A stretch of DNA of 64,000 bases from the NCBI GenBank assembly GCA_007375535.1, contig VMEM01000005.1, positions 7,469 to 71,468 of the forward strand, in the 5' to 3' direction. Shown piece by piece: positions 49,394 to 59,342 of this stretch. A program made the translations under genes and the position numbers. Origin of the DNA: Parcubacteria group bacterium LiPW_41. GTDB taxonomy: Bacteria > Patescibacteriota > Minisyncoccia > UBA6257 > GWB1-50-10. Each line of letters starts with the position of its first letter. Positions within the stretch are counted from its first letter, which is position 1. A model generated the notes under the pieces. That model searched no databases, had not been told where the DNA came from, and saw only the letters and a list, made by a program, of their open reading frames with translations.

Positions 49394-50188
49394 TTAGTAA
49401 AGTTTTTGATTATATGATTCAAGTTGAAGTCGTCCGCTCTGTCCTTTTCGTGGATCTCCCTTGTATATAGTAACTCCACAATTTATTGGAAAATCTTCAT
49501 AATCAACTTTCATAAACTGCTCTCTATCCCATCGCTCCAAATTTGCACGAAGCGAAAGAAGGGTAAGATGGTGTGAGATACACAACACCGTCTGTTCTGA
49601 ATATTCACGAATGGTGGTACTTAAAAAGCTTCTCACGCGATCTCGTACGTCCGCTTTATTCTCCCCATTTTGATATCGGTAGCCATAATCTCCCTCAAGC
49701 TTATAAAGAAGTCCCTGAAGGGGATTTAGAGTGAAATAGACACTCCTGTCGTTATAGAGAGTCGAAAGCCCATGTTCCTGCTCTCGAATTCGCTCCTCGG
49801 AAACAACACGCACATCTCGAAGCGCTGGCCATCCTTTTTGAATTTCTTCTAATGTTTGTCGAGTTCGAAGGTATGGAGACACAAACACAACATCAGGCAA
49901 ATATGATTGTTTTGCTAGTTGCTCTCCAGTAGTCCGAGCCTGTTCTCTTCCAGCATCCGTAAGTGGGGTATCATAGTCATTCTCATCTAATCTACATTCC
50001 TTCCAAATTTCATTTGCCATCGCAACTAGCTTTGCACTTGGCCAATCTGGTGTTACTGCGACAGAAAATTCTTTTGTAAACAACTCTCTAAATTCGTCAT
50101 AATGTTCCATCCGTTGTTTTTTTGCACGAAGTGCATTAAATGCTGATTCTCCATGACGAATAAAAATGAGTGTTGTTGGCCATTTCAT
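49394..50188 (-). CDS. Histidine phosphatase (PGM family)
   Basis: RHGES, SPYLRTRQT, SHH. Confidence 0.88.
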   Translation of the reverse strand: MKWPTTLIFIRHGESAFNALRAKKQRMEHYDEFRELFTKEFSVAVTPDWPSAKLVAMANEIWKECRLDENDYDTPLTDAGREQARTTGEQLAKQSYLPDVVFVSPYLRTRQTLEEIQKGWPALRDVRVVSEERIREQEHGLSTLYNDRSVYFTLNPLQGLLYKLEGDYGYRYQNGENKADVRDRVRSFLSTTIREYSEQTVLCISHHLTLLSLRANLERWDREQFMKVDYEDFPINCGVTIYKGDPRKGQSGRLQLESYNQKLY

Positions 50189-50322
50189 ATGTTCAGTATA
50201 AGGCATTTTCTCAACACCAGAAAGATTTCTATCGTACGAAGTATCCAATCAACTGTATTGGACTGTTCTCTTTAATTTGTATAGATTTATAGAAACATTA
50301 ACAAATAAAAAGGAGAATAATC

Positions 50323-51741
50323 ATGGAACGTCTTCCATTGTCTTCCAAAATCATCCAGGGCGGCATGGGAGTGAATATCTCCGGCTGGCGCCTGGCTCGT
50401 ACCAACTCACTACAAGGTCAGTTAGGTACTGTTTCCGGCGTGGTTCTCGAAAGAGTTCTTGCACGTCAGCTTCAAATGGGTGATCCCGGTGGTCATCTTC
50501 GCAGAGCACTTTCACACTTTCCTTTTCCTTCTTTTTCAAAAGAAGTTGAAAAACACTTTTATGTTGAGGGAGGAATCGCTGAGGGAACCCAATTTAAAGC
50601 AGTTCCGATGTTTACCATAAATCCTTCAAAACTTCTCATTTCTCTCACTGTTTGTGCCAATTTTGCTTTTGTGTGGTTAGCAAAAGAAAACAACCCGAAC
50701 CCAGTAAGCATCAACTATCTGGAAAAGGTTTCTATGCCACACATTTATGCAATTACTGGGGCAATGCTCGCTGGCGTTGATTTCATAACGATGGGAGCTG
50801 GCATTCCTTTTCAAATTCCAAACGTGATTGAAAGTATTGCAGAAGGAAAGCCAGTAACTTATCGAATTCCAGTAATCGGAAATAAAATTAAAAACCATAC
50901 AGTAAGTTTCGAACCAGAAAAATTTTTTGGAGAGAAACTGCCTATATCAAAAAAACCAGGATTTATTCCAATAATTGCATCAAATCGTCTCGCAAATATC
51001 CTAAGTGGAAAATTACCAAAGGGGAGTATTTCTGCATTTGTTGTTGAGCTTTGGACTGCAGGAGGTCATAATGCCCCACCAGTGGAAATTCTTTTTGGAA
51101 CAGACGGAAAACCACTCCCAATATATGGAGAAAAAGATCTTATTGATTACAAGAAGCTTACCGATCTTGGTATTCCGTGGTATCTTGGTGGATCTCAAGC
51201 TTCACCTGAAAAACTACAATGGGCACTCTCGGTTGGTGCATCAGGTATTCAAGCGGGATCTATTTACGCACTTTGCGATGAATCAGATATGTATTTTGAA
51301 ATCAAAAAAACTGCTCGCAAACTTGGTTTCCAAGGAAAGTTAATAATTAGAACCGATATGTTAATTTCTCCAACTGGATTTCCATTTAAGGTGGCCGTTC
51401 TATTTGGAACACTTTCTGAACATGATATATACGAATCTCGTATTAGAATATGTAATCAAGGAGCACTTGTTTCACTTTATGAACGAGAAGATGGACTAAT
51501 TGGATATCGCTGTCCCGCTGAACCAATCGATCAATTTATAAGAAAAGGTGGAGATATTTCTGAAACTTTTGGCCGCGGCTGCCTCTGTAATGGTCTTGGC
51601 ACTACTGGCGGAGTTGGTAATTACGGAGAACCTGCGATTATGACACTCGGTGATGACCTAAGCTTCCTTCTCTTTTTAATGAAAGATGAAAATGACTCTT
51701 ATTCTGCCCAAGATGCAACAAACTATCTTCTTGGATATTAA
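50323..51741 (+). CDS. Nitronate monooxygenase-like flavoprotein
   Basis: IIQGGMGV, MGAGIP, AGGHNAPP, SPTGFPFK, CLCNGL. Confidence 0.85.
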   Translation: MERLPLSSKIIQGGMGVNISGWRLARTNSLQGQLGTVSGVVLERVLARQLQMGDPGGHLRRALSHFPFPSFSKEVEKHFYVEGGIAEGTQFKAVPMFTINPSKLLISLTVCANFAFVWLAKENNPNPVSINYLEKVSMPHIYAITGAMLAGVDFITMGAGIPFQIPNVIESIAEGKPVTYRIPVIGNKIKNHTVSFEPEKFFGEKLPISKKPGFIPIIASNRLANILSGKLPKGSISAFVVELWTAGGHNAPPVEILFGTDGKPLPIYGEKDLIDYKKLTDLGIPWYLGGSQASPEKLQWALSVGASGIQAGSIYALCDESDMYFEIKKTARKLGFQGKLIIRTDMLISPTGFPFKVAVLFGTLSEHDIYESRIRICNQGALVSLYEREDGLIGYRCPAEPIDQFIRKGGDISETFGRGCLCNGLGTTGGVGNYGEPAIMTLGDDLSFLLFLMKDENDSYSAQDATNYLLGY

Positions 51742-51834
51742 TTCAACCCCCGCACGCGCGGGGGATTTTTAAAAATCTCATGCAAAAAATATGCTATTAT
51801 TAGTAAAAGTTGTCAAAATTGTAAAAGCAACACC

Positions 51835-52845
51835 GTGAATAAAAAAATAATATTTCTACTACTTTTTTTCATTATCGCGCTTTCTTTTGTTTTTTTCTTT
51901 TTCAATCGAAAGGAAAAAGAAGATACCGAACTTATTCCTGTTTCTCTTGAACTAAAATGGCTCCATCAATCTCAGTTTGCAGGAAATTATACCGCAAAAG
52001 AAAGGGGGTTCTATGCCGACGAGGGACTCAACGTAACACTAATACCATTCTCTTTTGAAAACCCGGTTATTAAATCAGTAACAGAAGGAAGTGCAATGTT
52101 CGGTATAACCGGAGCTGACGAACTTTTAATTGCAAGAACACAAGGAGCTCCACTCAAAGCGCTTGCTGTTATTTATAAAATAAATCCCGTATGTGCTTAT
52201 ACATTGAAAAAAAGTGGGATTACTAAGCCACAAGATTTTATTGGAAAAACAATCGGCATCGAAAGAGCATCCGATGGAACCGAAGTAAACATTGGAATTC
52301 TTTATTCTGCAATGATGTCAAAACTAGGAATCGATCGTAGTAAGATAAAAGAAATTACTATTGGATATGATCCATCAGAACTTCTAAGCGGGAAAACTGA
52401 TGTTTCAACCGGTTATATCATTAATGAACCACATAGGGCGGTGATGCAAGGACACGAGATCAATACTATTCTTATGGCAGACTATGGGGTAAATATGTAT
52501 GCGGACGTTCTCTTTGCAAGCGAAAGCACAATAAATCAGAAACCAGAACTTGTAGAAAAAATGCTTCGAGCAACTCTCAAGGGGTGGCAATATGCAATTG
52601 AAAATAACGATGAGGCGATAAGCGATGTATTAAAATATTCGAAAAATGCAGCTTCGCATGAGATATATATGTTAAAATCGTCAATTCCACTCATCAACAC
52701 GGGAGACACTCCGTTGGGTTGGATGGAAAAAACAAAATGGGAGCAAGTTCAAAATATACTTTTTGAACAAAAAATTCTGAATACCATAATAAATATTGAA
52801 GACATATATACAATTGAACCACTTAAGAAAATCTATAACCGGTAA
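51835..52845 (+). CDS. NMT1/THI5-like substrate-binding protein
   Basis: LKWLHQSQFAG..AKERGFY..EGL, KGWQYA. Confidence 0.85.
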   Translation: MNKKIIFLLLFFIIALSFVFFFFNRKEKEDTELIPVSLELKWLHQSQFAGNYTAKERGFYADEGLNVTLIPFSFENPVIKSVTEGSAMFGITGADELLIARTQGAPLKALAVIYKINPVCAYTLKKSGITKPQDFIGKTIGIERASDGTEVNIGILYSAMMSKLGIDRSKIKEITIGYDPSELLSGKTDVSTGYIINEPHRAVMQGHEINTILMADYGVNMYADVLFASESTINQKPELVEKMLRATLKGWQYAIENNDEAISDVLKYSKNAASHEIYMLKSSIPLINTGDTPLGWMEKTKWEQVQNILFEQKILNTIINIEDIYTIEPLKKIYNR

Positions 52846-52850
52846 ATAAT

Positions 52851-54992
52851 ATGAGAATAAAAACTAAAATTGTTCTTATTATAGCAACACTTGTAGTTGT
52901 AAGTGCGGTCATTACTGGAATAACACAATATATTTCCTCAAAACAGACAGTACAAAAAAATATAAATGCTCACCTTGAGAGTGTAATAACGTTAAAGGAA
53001 AATCAATTTTCAGATTTTCTAGAAGGAAAAAGGGAATATATAGAGCAAATTGCAAATGAAACTTTATTCAAGAAATTCCTTTCTGAACTTATAGAAAAGG
53101 GAGAAAAAAAAGAAGAAATCAGTGCGCTTCTAAGAGAAAAGCTTTTATATCAAAACGGAATTTTTGAACTTTTTGTACTTGATACAAACGGAAAAATTCT
53201 CATATCCACTGACAAGCAACAAGAAGGGAAGTTTCGTTCAGACGAGCCATATTTTATTAGTGGGAAAAAAAATGTTTTTTTTCAAAACTTTTATCACAGT
53301 ATTGAAATAGGAAAGATTGCATCAACCGTTTCAATTCCAATAAGAGACGACGCTGGGAAAACTATTGGTGTTTTTGCCGGAAGGTTAAATATTGAAATAC
53401 TTTCAAAACTAATGGCAGAGCGATCTGGACTCGGAGAGACTGGAGAAACCTACTTAGTCAATAAATACAATACAATTGTTACTCAAATACGCTCAAATAC
53501 AAGCGGCACGTTTTCAAAAATGATCTATACCGAAGGAATCAAAAACTGTCTCTCAGGGATAAATGGAAGTCACTATACAAACTACGAAAATGTACCTGTT
53601 ATCGGGATACATAAATGGATTCAAGAAAAAGAGATTTGTCTTGTTGCCGAAATAAAACAATCTGAAGCATACAGTCCGATAGACTCCCTACGAACACTTT
53701 CAATTATTGTTAGTCTTGGATCTATTCTATTTACTATTTTCATAGGAAGAATTCTGGCGCGTTCAATTTCTACACCAATCTTAAAACTGAAAGAGAATAC
53801 AAAACAAATTGCTCAAGGAAATTTAGATACAATAATTTCTGTTAACACTAATGATGAAATTGGTGAATTGGCTTTCGATTTTAAAAAAATGACAGGACAA
53901 TTAAATGAATACACAAAAAATTTAAAAGAAGAAAAAGCAAAGCTCTTGTCATCTATTAACAGCCTGCCACTTGGATTCATCCTTTTTAACAACAAAAGTG
54001 AAATAATTCTTAAGAACAACATAACAAAAAATATTCTTCTTGAGGATGAGATAAACATTAATGAGGAAATGATCTCTAATCTCATAAAAAAATCGAAGAA
54101 ATTTGAAATCCCAATAGAGGAATGTGTAAATCAAAAAAGAATTTGCGAATTTGAAAAAATTGAATGGAAAAACAAGGTGCTTCGAATTATATTTTCACCA
54201 ATTGTCATATCAAAAGAGGAAAAACAAAAAACAGAAGAGATAATGATTGGGTATGTTCTCATCATCGAAGATGTAACAAAAATCGAAACACTCAGTAGAA
54301 CACGCGATGAATTTTTTGCTATAGCCTCACACGAACTAAGGACTCCACTAACTGCAATAAAAGGAAATGCTGAATTATTAGGAAAATTCTTTGAAAAGGA
54401 AGTAAAAAATGAAGAAGTTTCAGAAATGGTATCAGATATACAAAAAGAAAGCGTGCGACTTATTTCCATAACAAACGAATTTCTTGATGTATCAAAAATT
54501 GAACAACATCAAACAAATCTACAGCGCATACCAATTAATTTAAATAGCATAACAAAAACAGTTATAGAAGAGCTACAAGTTATTGCAGCGCAAAAAAGAA
54601 TTTCAATTATTTTCGATGAGAATAAAAATCTCGTTGCAGCAATAGGCGATAGAGATAGAATTCATCAAATTCTTACCAACCTCATCGCAAACGCAATCAA
54701 TCACACAGTAAGAGGAAAAATAATGGTTTCAATTAGCGCAGAAAATAACTATATTAAAACATCAATTACAGATACTGGAATTGGAATCTCTGATGAAAAT
54801 AAAAAATACCTATTTGAAAAGTTTCAACAGGCACAAACAAACATTTTTACGCGAGGAGAAGAAAAGGGAACTGGGCTTGGACTTTACATCTCAAAACTTC
54901 TCATCGAAGATATGGGAGGAAAGATATGGCTAGAGAAAAGTGAGGAAAATATAGGAAGTACTTTCAGTTTCACCCTTCCTGCCGTGGTATGA
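52851..54992 (+). CDS. Sensor histidine kinase (Cache-HAMP-HisKA-HATPase)
   Basis: GLGETGETYLV, DEIGELA, SHELRTPL, DTGIGI, GTGLGL. Confidence 0.92.
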   Translation: MRIKTKIVLIIATLVVVSAVITGITQYISSKQTVQKNINAHLESVITLKENQFSDFLEGKREYIEQIANETLFKKFLSELIEKGEKKEEISALLREKLLYQNGIFELFVLDTNGKILISTDKQQEGKFRSDEPYFISGKKNVFFQNFYHSIEIGKIASTVSIPIRDDAGKTIGVFAGRLNIEILSKLMAERSGLGETGETYLVNKYNTIVTQIRSNTSGTFSKMIYTEGIKNCLSGINGSHYTNYENVPVIGIHKWIQEKEICLVAEIKQSEAYSPIDSLRTLSIIVSLGSILFTIFIGRILARSISTPILKLKENTKQIAQGNLDTIISVNTNDEIGELAFDFKKMTGQLNEYTKNLKEEKAKLLSSINSLPLGFILFNNKSEIILKNNITKNILLEDEININEEMISNLIKKSKKFEIPIEECVNQKRICEFEKIEWKNKVLRIIFSPIVISKEEKQKTEEIMIGYVLIIEDVTKIETLSRTRDEFFAIASHELRTPLTAIKGNAELLGKFFEKEVKNEEVSEMVSDIQKESVRLISITNEFLDVSKIEQHQTNLQRIPINLNSITKTVIEELQVIAAQKRISIIFDENKNLVAAIGDRDRIHQILTNLIANAINHTVRGKIMVSISAENNYIKTSITDTGIGISDENKKYLFEKFQQAQTNIFTRGEEKGTGLGLYISKLLIEDMGGKIWLEKSEENIGSTFSFTLPAVV

Positions 54993-55005
54993 TTAATAGA
55001 CAATC

Positions 55006-55386
55006 ATGGAACTAACAAATAAAACAATCCTCCTTGCAGAAGATGACTCGGTTTTAAGCCGAATGTACCAAAAAGGACTCACTCTTTCTGGCGCAAACGT
55101 CTTGCGTGCTTTAAACGGAAAGGAAGCGATAAAAATAGTAAACGAGGAACATATTGATCTTATTCTCTTGGATCTTATGATGCCGGTAATGAATGGATAT
55201 GAAACCATTAGACAAATTAGAACCAGTGAAAAGACAAAAAATATACCAATTGTTGTTCTCACAAATCTTGATGACCATCCAGAATTTATTGAAAAAGCCA
55301 CAGGAGTAAAAATTGAAGCCTATCTCGTTAAATCAAATGTTTCAGTTGAAGATGTCATCCAAAAAATTTCTGAACTCATAAAATAA
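55006..55386 (+). CDS. Single-domain response regulator
   Basis: EDD, LLDLMMP, T and K receiver residues. Confidence 0.9.
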   Translation: MELTNKTILLAEDDSVLSRMYQKGLTLSGANVLRALNGKEAIKIVNEEHIDLILLDLMMPVMNGYETIRQIRTSEKTKNIPIVVLTNLDDHPEFIEKATGVKIEAYLVKSNVSVEDVIQKISELIK

Positions 55387-55401
55387 ATAAAAAACGGCTC
55401 A

Positions 55402-56133
55402 TTAAGAACCGTTTAGATTTTTTACTGCTAACGTATCAAGAACGTGTTCAGCAATTTTGCTAACCATTTCTTGTTCATCGAGCAATGTGGTATCAAGGAG
55501 AAATAGATTTTTATGCACCGGAGAGAGCGCCGCATACGCCGTATTATAACGCTCAACGAGTGTTTTAATTGTTTTTGGATTTGAAGTCTCGCCAAGTTTT
55601 TGCGAAAGTGCAATACGCAATTCTCGTTTCATAGCCTCATCTGGATCGCACACAACAAAATATGCAGCGTCAATCTCATTGGTCCACAAACGATTTAAGA
55701 AAAAATCTTGTATCCCTTTCTTTTCAACTTCTGAAAGTTTGTTTTTCTCCTCCCAATACATCATCCACACATAAGAATCGAAAATTGCCCGATCAAAAAT
55801 GACAAGATCATATTGATGACCCCAACTTAGGTCAAGCAAGAGGGAAAGTGAATAAAGCCCAGTCCGAACATTGTAGATAGGTGTATCGCGAGTGATATGA
55901 CGAATAACTTCAGCTCCTTCCTGTGGTCTTAACACGCGAAACCCCATACGTCGAAAGAATTTGTCGAGTTCGGTGATCATTGTCGTTTTTCCCGCAGAAG
56001 GAGAACCGGTAATCTCAACAAAAAATGGACGCGGAATAATTTGTCGATCATATCGTAATGTACTTTTAAGATACGCCAGTAATTTCTGTGCTTTCTCTTC
56101 AAATGATTTTTCCTGCTGGTTGGTAGATGTCAT
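55402..56133 (-). CDS. Thymidylate-kinase-like P-loop protein
   Basis: EITGSPSAGKTT, IFDRAIFD. Confidence 0.75.
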   Translation of the reverse strand: MTSTNQQEKSFEEKAQKLLAYLKSTLRYDRQIIPRPFFVEITGSPSAGKTTMITELDKFFRRMGFRVLRPQEGAEVIRHITRDTPIYNVRTGLYSLSLLLDLSWGHQYDLVIFDRAIFDSYVWMMYWEEKNKLSEVEKKGIQDFFLNRLWTNEIDAAYFVVCDPDEAMKRELRIALSQKLGETSNPKTIKTLVERYNTAYAALSPVHKNLFLLDTTLLDEQEMVSKIAEHVLDTLAVKNLNGS

Positions 56134-56184
56134 ACATCCTCCGATTTGTTGTTATTTTAATTAACTGTCGATTAGAATAAGTGA

Positions 56185-56772
56185 ATGAGAGAGGGAAGTC
56201 AATTTTATCGAATTGGATTTGATATGGATGGTGTTCTTATTGATCACACAGAAATACGCATTAGACTCGCAAAGGAAATTGGGTTTTTTTTAAGTCCAGA
56301 ACAAACACCCTCCGACATACTCCGAACCATCATCCCAAAGGATAAACGAAGTGTGCTTCAAAATACTCTCTATAACAACCCACAAGTAGCACTTGAAGCT
56401 CAAATTATGGATGGGGCATATGAAGGAATCTCAATACTTGCACATGCTGGACTTTCAATTTTTCTCATCTCACGAAGAAAGGATCCACAACTTGCAATCA
56501 GACTACTATCAAAACATAAATTATGGCCAGACTATTTTAATGAAGAAAACACCTATTTCGTTGCTGAAATTGAAGATAAAAACGAGAAAGCAAAAGTATT
56601 TCAACTTACTCACTATATCGACGACGAGGAGGGAGTACTTAATGCGCTTGTCGACGTTCCAAATAAAATACTTTTCGACCAACACAATGCATCAGAAAAT
56701 AATACATATCGACGTATAAACGATTGGGAGTCGCTGATAGAACATCTTCTAAATGAAAATCCGTCCCATTAG
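56185..56772 (+). CDS. HAD-superfamily phosphatase
   Basis: FDMDGVL, ISRR, K, YIDD. Confidence 0.8.
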   Translation: MREGSQFYRIGFDMDGVLIDHTEIRIRLAKEIGFFLSPEQTPSDILRTIIPKDKRSVLQNTLYNNPQVALEAQIMDGAYEGISILAHAGLSIFLISRRKDPQLAIRLLSKHKLWPDYFNEENTYFVAEIEDKNEKAKVFQLTHYIDDEEGVLNALVDVPNKILFDQHNASENNTYRRINDWESLIEHLLNENPSH

Positions 56773-56786
56773 GAACGGATTTTATT

Positions 56787-57440
56787 TTATCGCTTTCGTT
56801 CAGTAGAAGAACGCTCTGAATTTCCACGAGTGTTACTTTCTCGCTGTGGAGGGGGATTGTTTTGTTTTCCAGAATCAATACTTTCTCGCCTTCTCTCATT
56901 TTGTTTTGGATTGTCTTGATTGCGTGGCGGATTTTTTTCTGATTCTTTTGGCCTCTGCATTTCTTCTCGAGACCGATTTCTGTCACCCTGATTGCGGTCA
57001 TATCCTCGTTCTCCACCAGAATTATCTCGTGTTCGAGGAATTGGTCGAAATATTCCAGGATTTTTTGGTGGACTAACCCATTCTGGCGGATTCCAATTTG
57101 GTTTTTTGTGTGAAAAACCCCAATAACCAAATTGGTGCGTATCCCAATACAATCCAAAATACCAATTATTTTTCCAACTATGACCCCAAGGATTTATGTA
57201 ATATCCATAAGGATAGGAATACCATGGTCTGTATTGTAAAGAATACGGATATAAATAGGAGAATGGATATAATTCGTTTTGTAAAACTAATGATTGATAA
57301 ATGGTGGTTTCTTGGGCAGAATCTGCAACTACAGATTCGTGAGTTCGTTCTCTTGTTTGTATTTGAAAGTGAGTGTAACACCCACTCAAAAATATAAGAG
57401 AAGAAAAAAGTACAACAAAAAGAAAAGGTAATCGTTTCAT
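56787..57440 (-). CDS. Lipoprotein-like protein with Tyr/Trp-rich middle and disordered R/E/N tail
   Basis: Lipobox LSGC; GGAGGTG SD. Confidence 0.7.
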   Translation of the reverse strand: MKRLPFLFVVLFSSLIFLSGCYTHFQIQTRERTHESVVADSAQETTIYQSLVLQNELYPFSYLYPYSLQYRPWYSYPYGYYINPWGHSWKNNWYFGLYWDTHQFGYWGFSHKKPNWNPPEWVSPPKNPGIFRPIPRTRDNSGGERGYDRNQGDRNRSREEMQRPKESEKNPPRNQDNPKQNERRRESIDSGKQNNPPPQRESNTRGNSERSSTERKR

Positions 57441-57561
57441 CTCACACCTCCGTGATATTTAGTTTTTAATTTTGTCTCTATAATTAGTGTATCATTATTG
57501 ACCAAATAGGAAATTTATAGTATATTTTACCTAACATTAACAAACAATATACGGAGGTCGT

Positions 57562-58677
57562 ATGTCATTATTACACAAGCTGTTTCCTAGTCTTTTTGGA
57601 ATTGACGAAGAAACAAGGGATCGTTTGGAAAGTGTACTCTCAGAATTATTTGCACTCGATGAGATTTTTAAAAAAATAGGGAACATTGATCTGGGAAACC
57701 CAAACCATCCATTTAAGTATCTTTCAATACTTTATAACGAACTCATAAGTATTAACAAAGAACCTGAAACCTACAAAGAAATTATCAAATATCACATCAG
57801 CGCACTGCAGGAACCATCTAACTTACACTTGAAAATCGATTTTGCAGAACGGTTTGTAGATGAAGTATATTCATTGAATCAAAGTTTGGACAAAGCGGTG
57901 TGGTATCGTCTTCTTGAAAGAAACCCCAAAGAATGGGAAAAGGTTATTCCAATAATTTTGGAAGAGATCGACAAAACATTTACACTTGCAAAAGCACTCA
58001 CTCTAATGTGGGATGATAACATAATAAGAGAACTTGAACGCGATCCTTACGAAATCATCGAATTATTTTTCGATGATATGAAATATGGGACATTAAAAGA
58101 AATCCCAGCAACACTAAGGAGAGCAATATTTGATGCTCATGCAAACTATAACGATTTTGATGAATTCATTCGTACAATAGGTTGGAATACAATATACTCC
58201 ATCATCACATCAGAATCCGAAGGGTTTTCTGATCGTTTTTCAATATTCTGGAGGTCATTATCTGAAGACCTTCGTTCTGCATTTCTGAGCGCATGTACCA
58301 ATGATATTGATTATTTTTTCAGGTCAAAATTCAAACTTTGTGAAACAGAAATTCAAGATGAGATTTTGAACCAATTAGGCATTTCAGATGGCTTATACGC
58401 ATACATCCGCCTTATCCCAAAAGAAAAACGTTTTGATTTTCTTGTGCGACACTTGGAGGATGAGGATGTTTCACTCTCAGTTATTGGTGATAATATATTC
58501 AATCTAAATGGATATTTATTGCGCTTTTCCACAACCGATGATGCGATTATTACCAGTGAAGAAATCGAAAAGCTGTATACATTGGTATTTGAAAAGTTTC
58601 AAAAGCATGAACATTTCCAATTCATTCAATCAAACTATGAATCTTGGAAACGTATGTTCTTTAAACCGGTAGAATAA
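57562..58677 (+). CDS. Hypothetical acidic helical protein
   Basis: 371-aa ORF, GGAGG SD, terminator 58686-58710. Confidence 0.72.
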   Translation: MSLLHKLFPSLFGIDEETRDRLESVLSELFALDEIFKKIGNIDLGNPNHPFKYLSILYNELISINKEPETYKEIIKYHISALQEPSNLHLKIDFAERFVDEVYSLNQSLDKAVWYRLLERNPKEWEKVIPIILEEIDKTFTLAKALTLMWDDNIIRELERDPYEIIELFFDDMKYGTLKEIPATLRRAIFDAHANYNDFDEFIRTIGWNTIYSIITSESEGFSDRFSIFWRSLSEDLRSAFLSACTNDIDYFFRSKFKLCETEIQDEILNQLGISDGLYAYIRLIPKEKRFDFLVRHLEDEDVSLSVIGDNIFNLNGYLLRFSTTDDAIITSEEIEKLYTLVFEKFQKHEHFQFIQSNYESWKRMFFKPVE

Positions 58678-58729
58678 TAATCAACGACGCGCATTTTGCG
58701 CGTCTTTTTTATAATAAAGGAGATCAACA

Positions 58730-58767
58730 TGCTGTACTTGACTAAAGCGCTTTACTTTGATACACTT
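58730..58767 (+). promoter_or_regulatory. Promoter overlapped by tandem TrpR/HisR-like operator boxes
   Basis: TTGACT-17-TACACT; TGCTGTA-N6-TAAAGCG and CGCTTTA-N6-TACACTT; central palindrome TAAAGCGCTTTA. Confidence 0.6.
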
Positions 58768-58773
58768 GCTCAT

Positions 58774-59088
58774 ATGCAATGGAAAGACGCAGAAAACACC
58801 AGATTGATACAAGCCGTGCTTGCCCTTAAGACACCAGATGAAGCACAGCGTTTTTTGCGTGACTTAATGACCGAAAAAGAGATTAAAGAATTCTCAAACC
58901 GATTTAAAACTGCAGAACTTTTAACTAAAAATGTTCCGTATTCTGAAATCGAACAAAAAACTGGTCTAAGCTCCAGAACAGTAGCTCGTGTCTCTAAGTG
59001 GTTAAATGGAAAAGGTGGGGGATATCGCACCATTATCAATCGTCTCCATAGTCACAACTCTATCCAAGCACGGAAAGGGTTGTCTTAA
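58774..59088 (+). CDS. TrpR-like repressor YerC/YecD (HisR-like)
   Basis: FLRDLMTEKEI...R..AELL...YSEIEQKTGLSSRTVARVSKWL..GGY; alternative in-frame SD-led start at 58729. Confidence 0.88.
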   Translation: MQWKDAENTRLIQAVLALKTPDEAQRFLRDLMTEKEIKEFSNRFKTAELLTKNVPYSEIEQKTGLSSRTVARVSKWLNGKGGGYRTIINRLHSHNSIQARKGLS

Positions 59089-59137
59089 TGTACTTCTAAT
59101 TCACATAAAGCTAACCCCCTCCGTACTTGGAGGGGGT
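59047..59137 (+). promoter_or_regulatory. Putative His-codon-dependent attenuator
   Basis: His codons at 59047 and 59053; 59070-59081 can pair with 59113-59124 (10/12), competing with hairpin 59114-59137. Confidence 0.55.
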
Positions 59138-59269
59138 ATTCATTTGTCTACCCGCAACAAAAGACAAACAGTTCTTTGATTAAAGGAGGTCACAATGACC
59201 GTGCAAGGACTTAGTCTTGGTGGCATGGGGCCACACATTTTTGTGGAGAGAGATTCTCTCCACGTATAT

Positions 59270-59342
59270 GGTCTTGGTAGCTCAATAGAAGAGCGATGCT
59301 TTGTGAAGGCATTGGTTGCGGGTGCAAGTCCCGTCCAAGACC
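59270..59342 (+). tRNA. Atypical tRNA-His(GTG)
   Basis: 8-bp acceptor GGTCTTGG/CCAAGACC (G-1:C73), D stem GCTC/GAGC, anticodon loop TTGTGAA, T loop TGCAAGT; D loop lacks GG. Confidence 0.75.
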
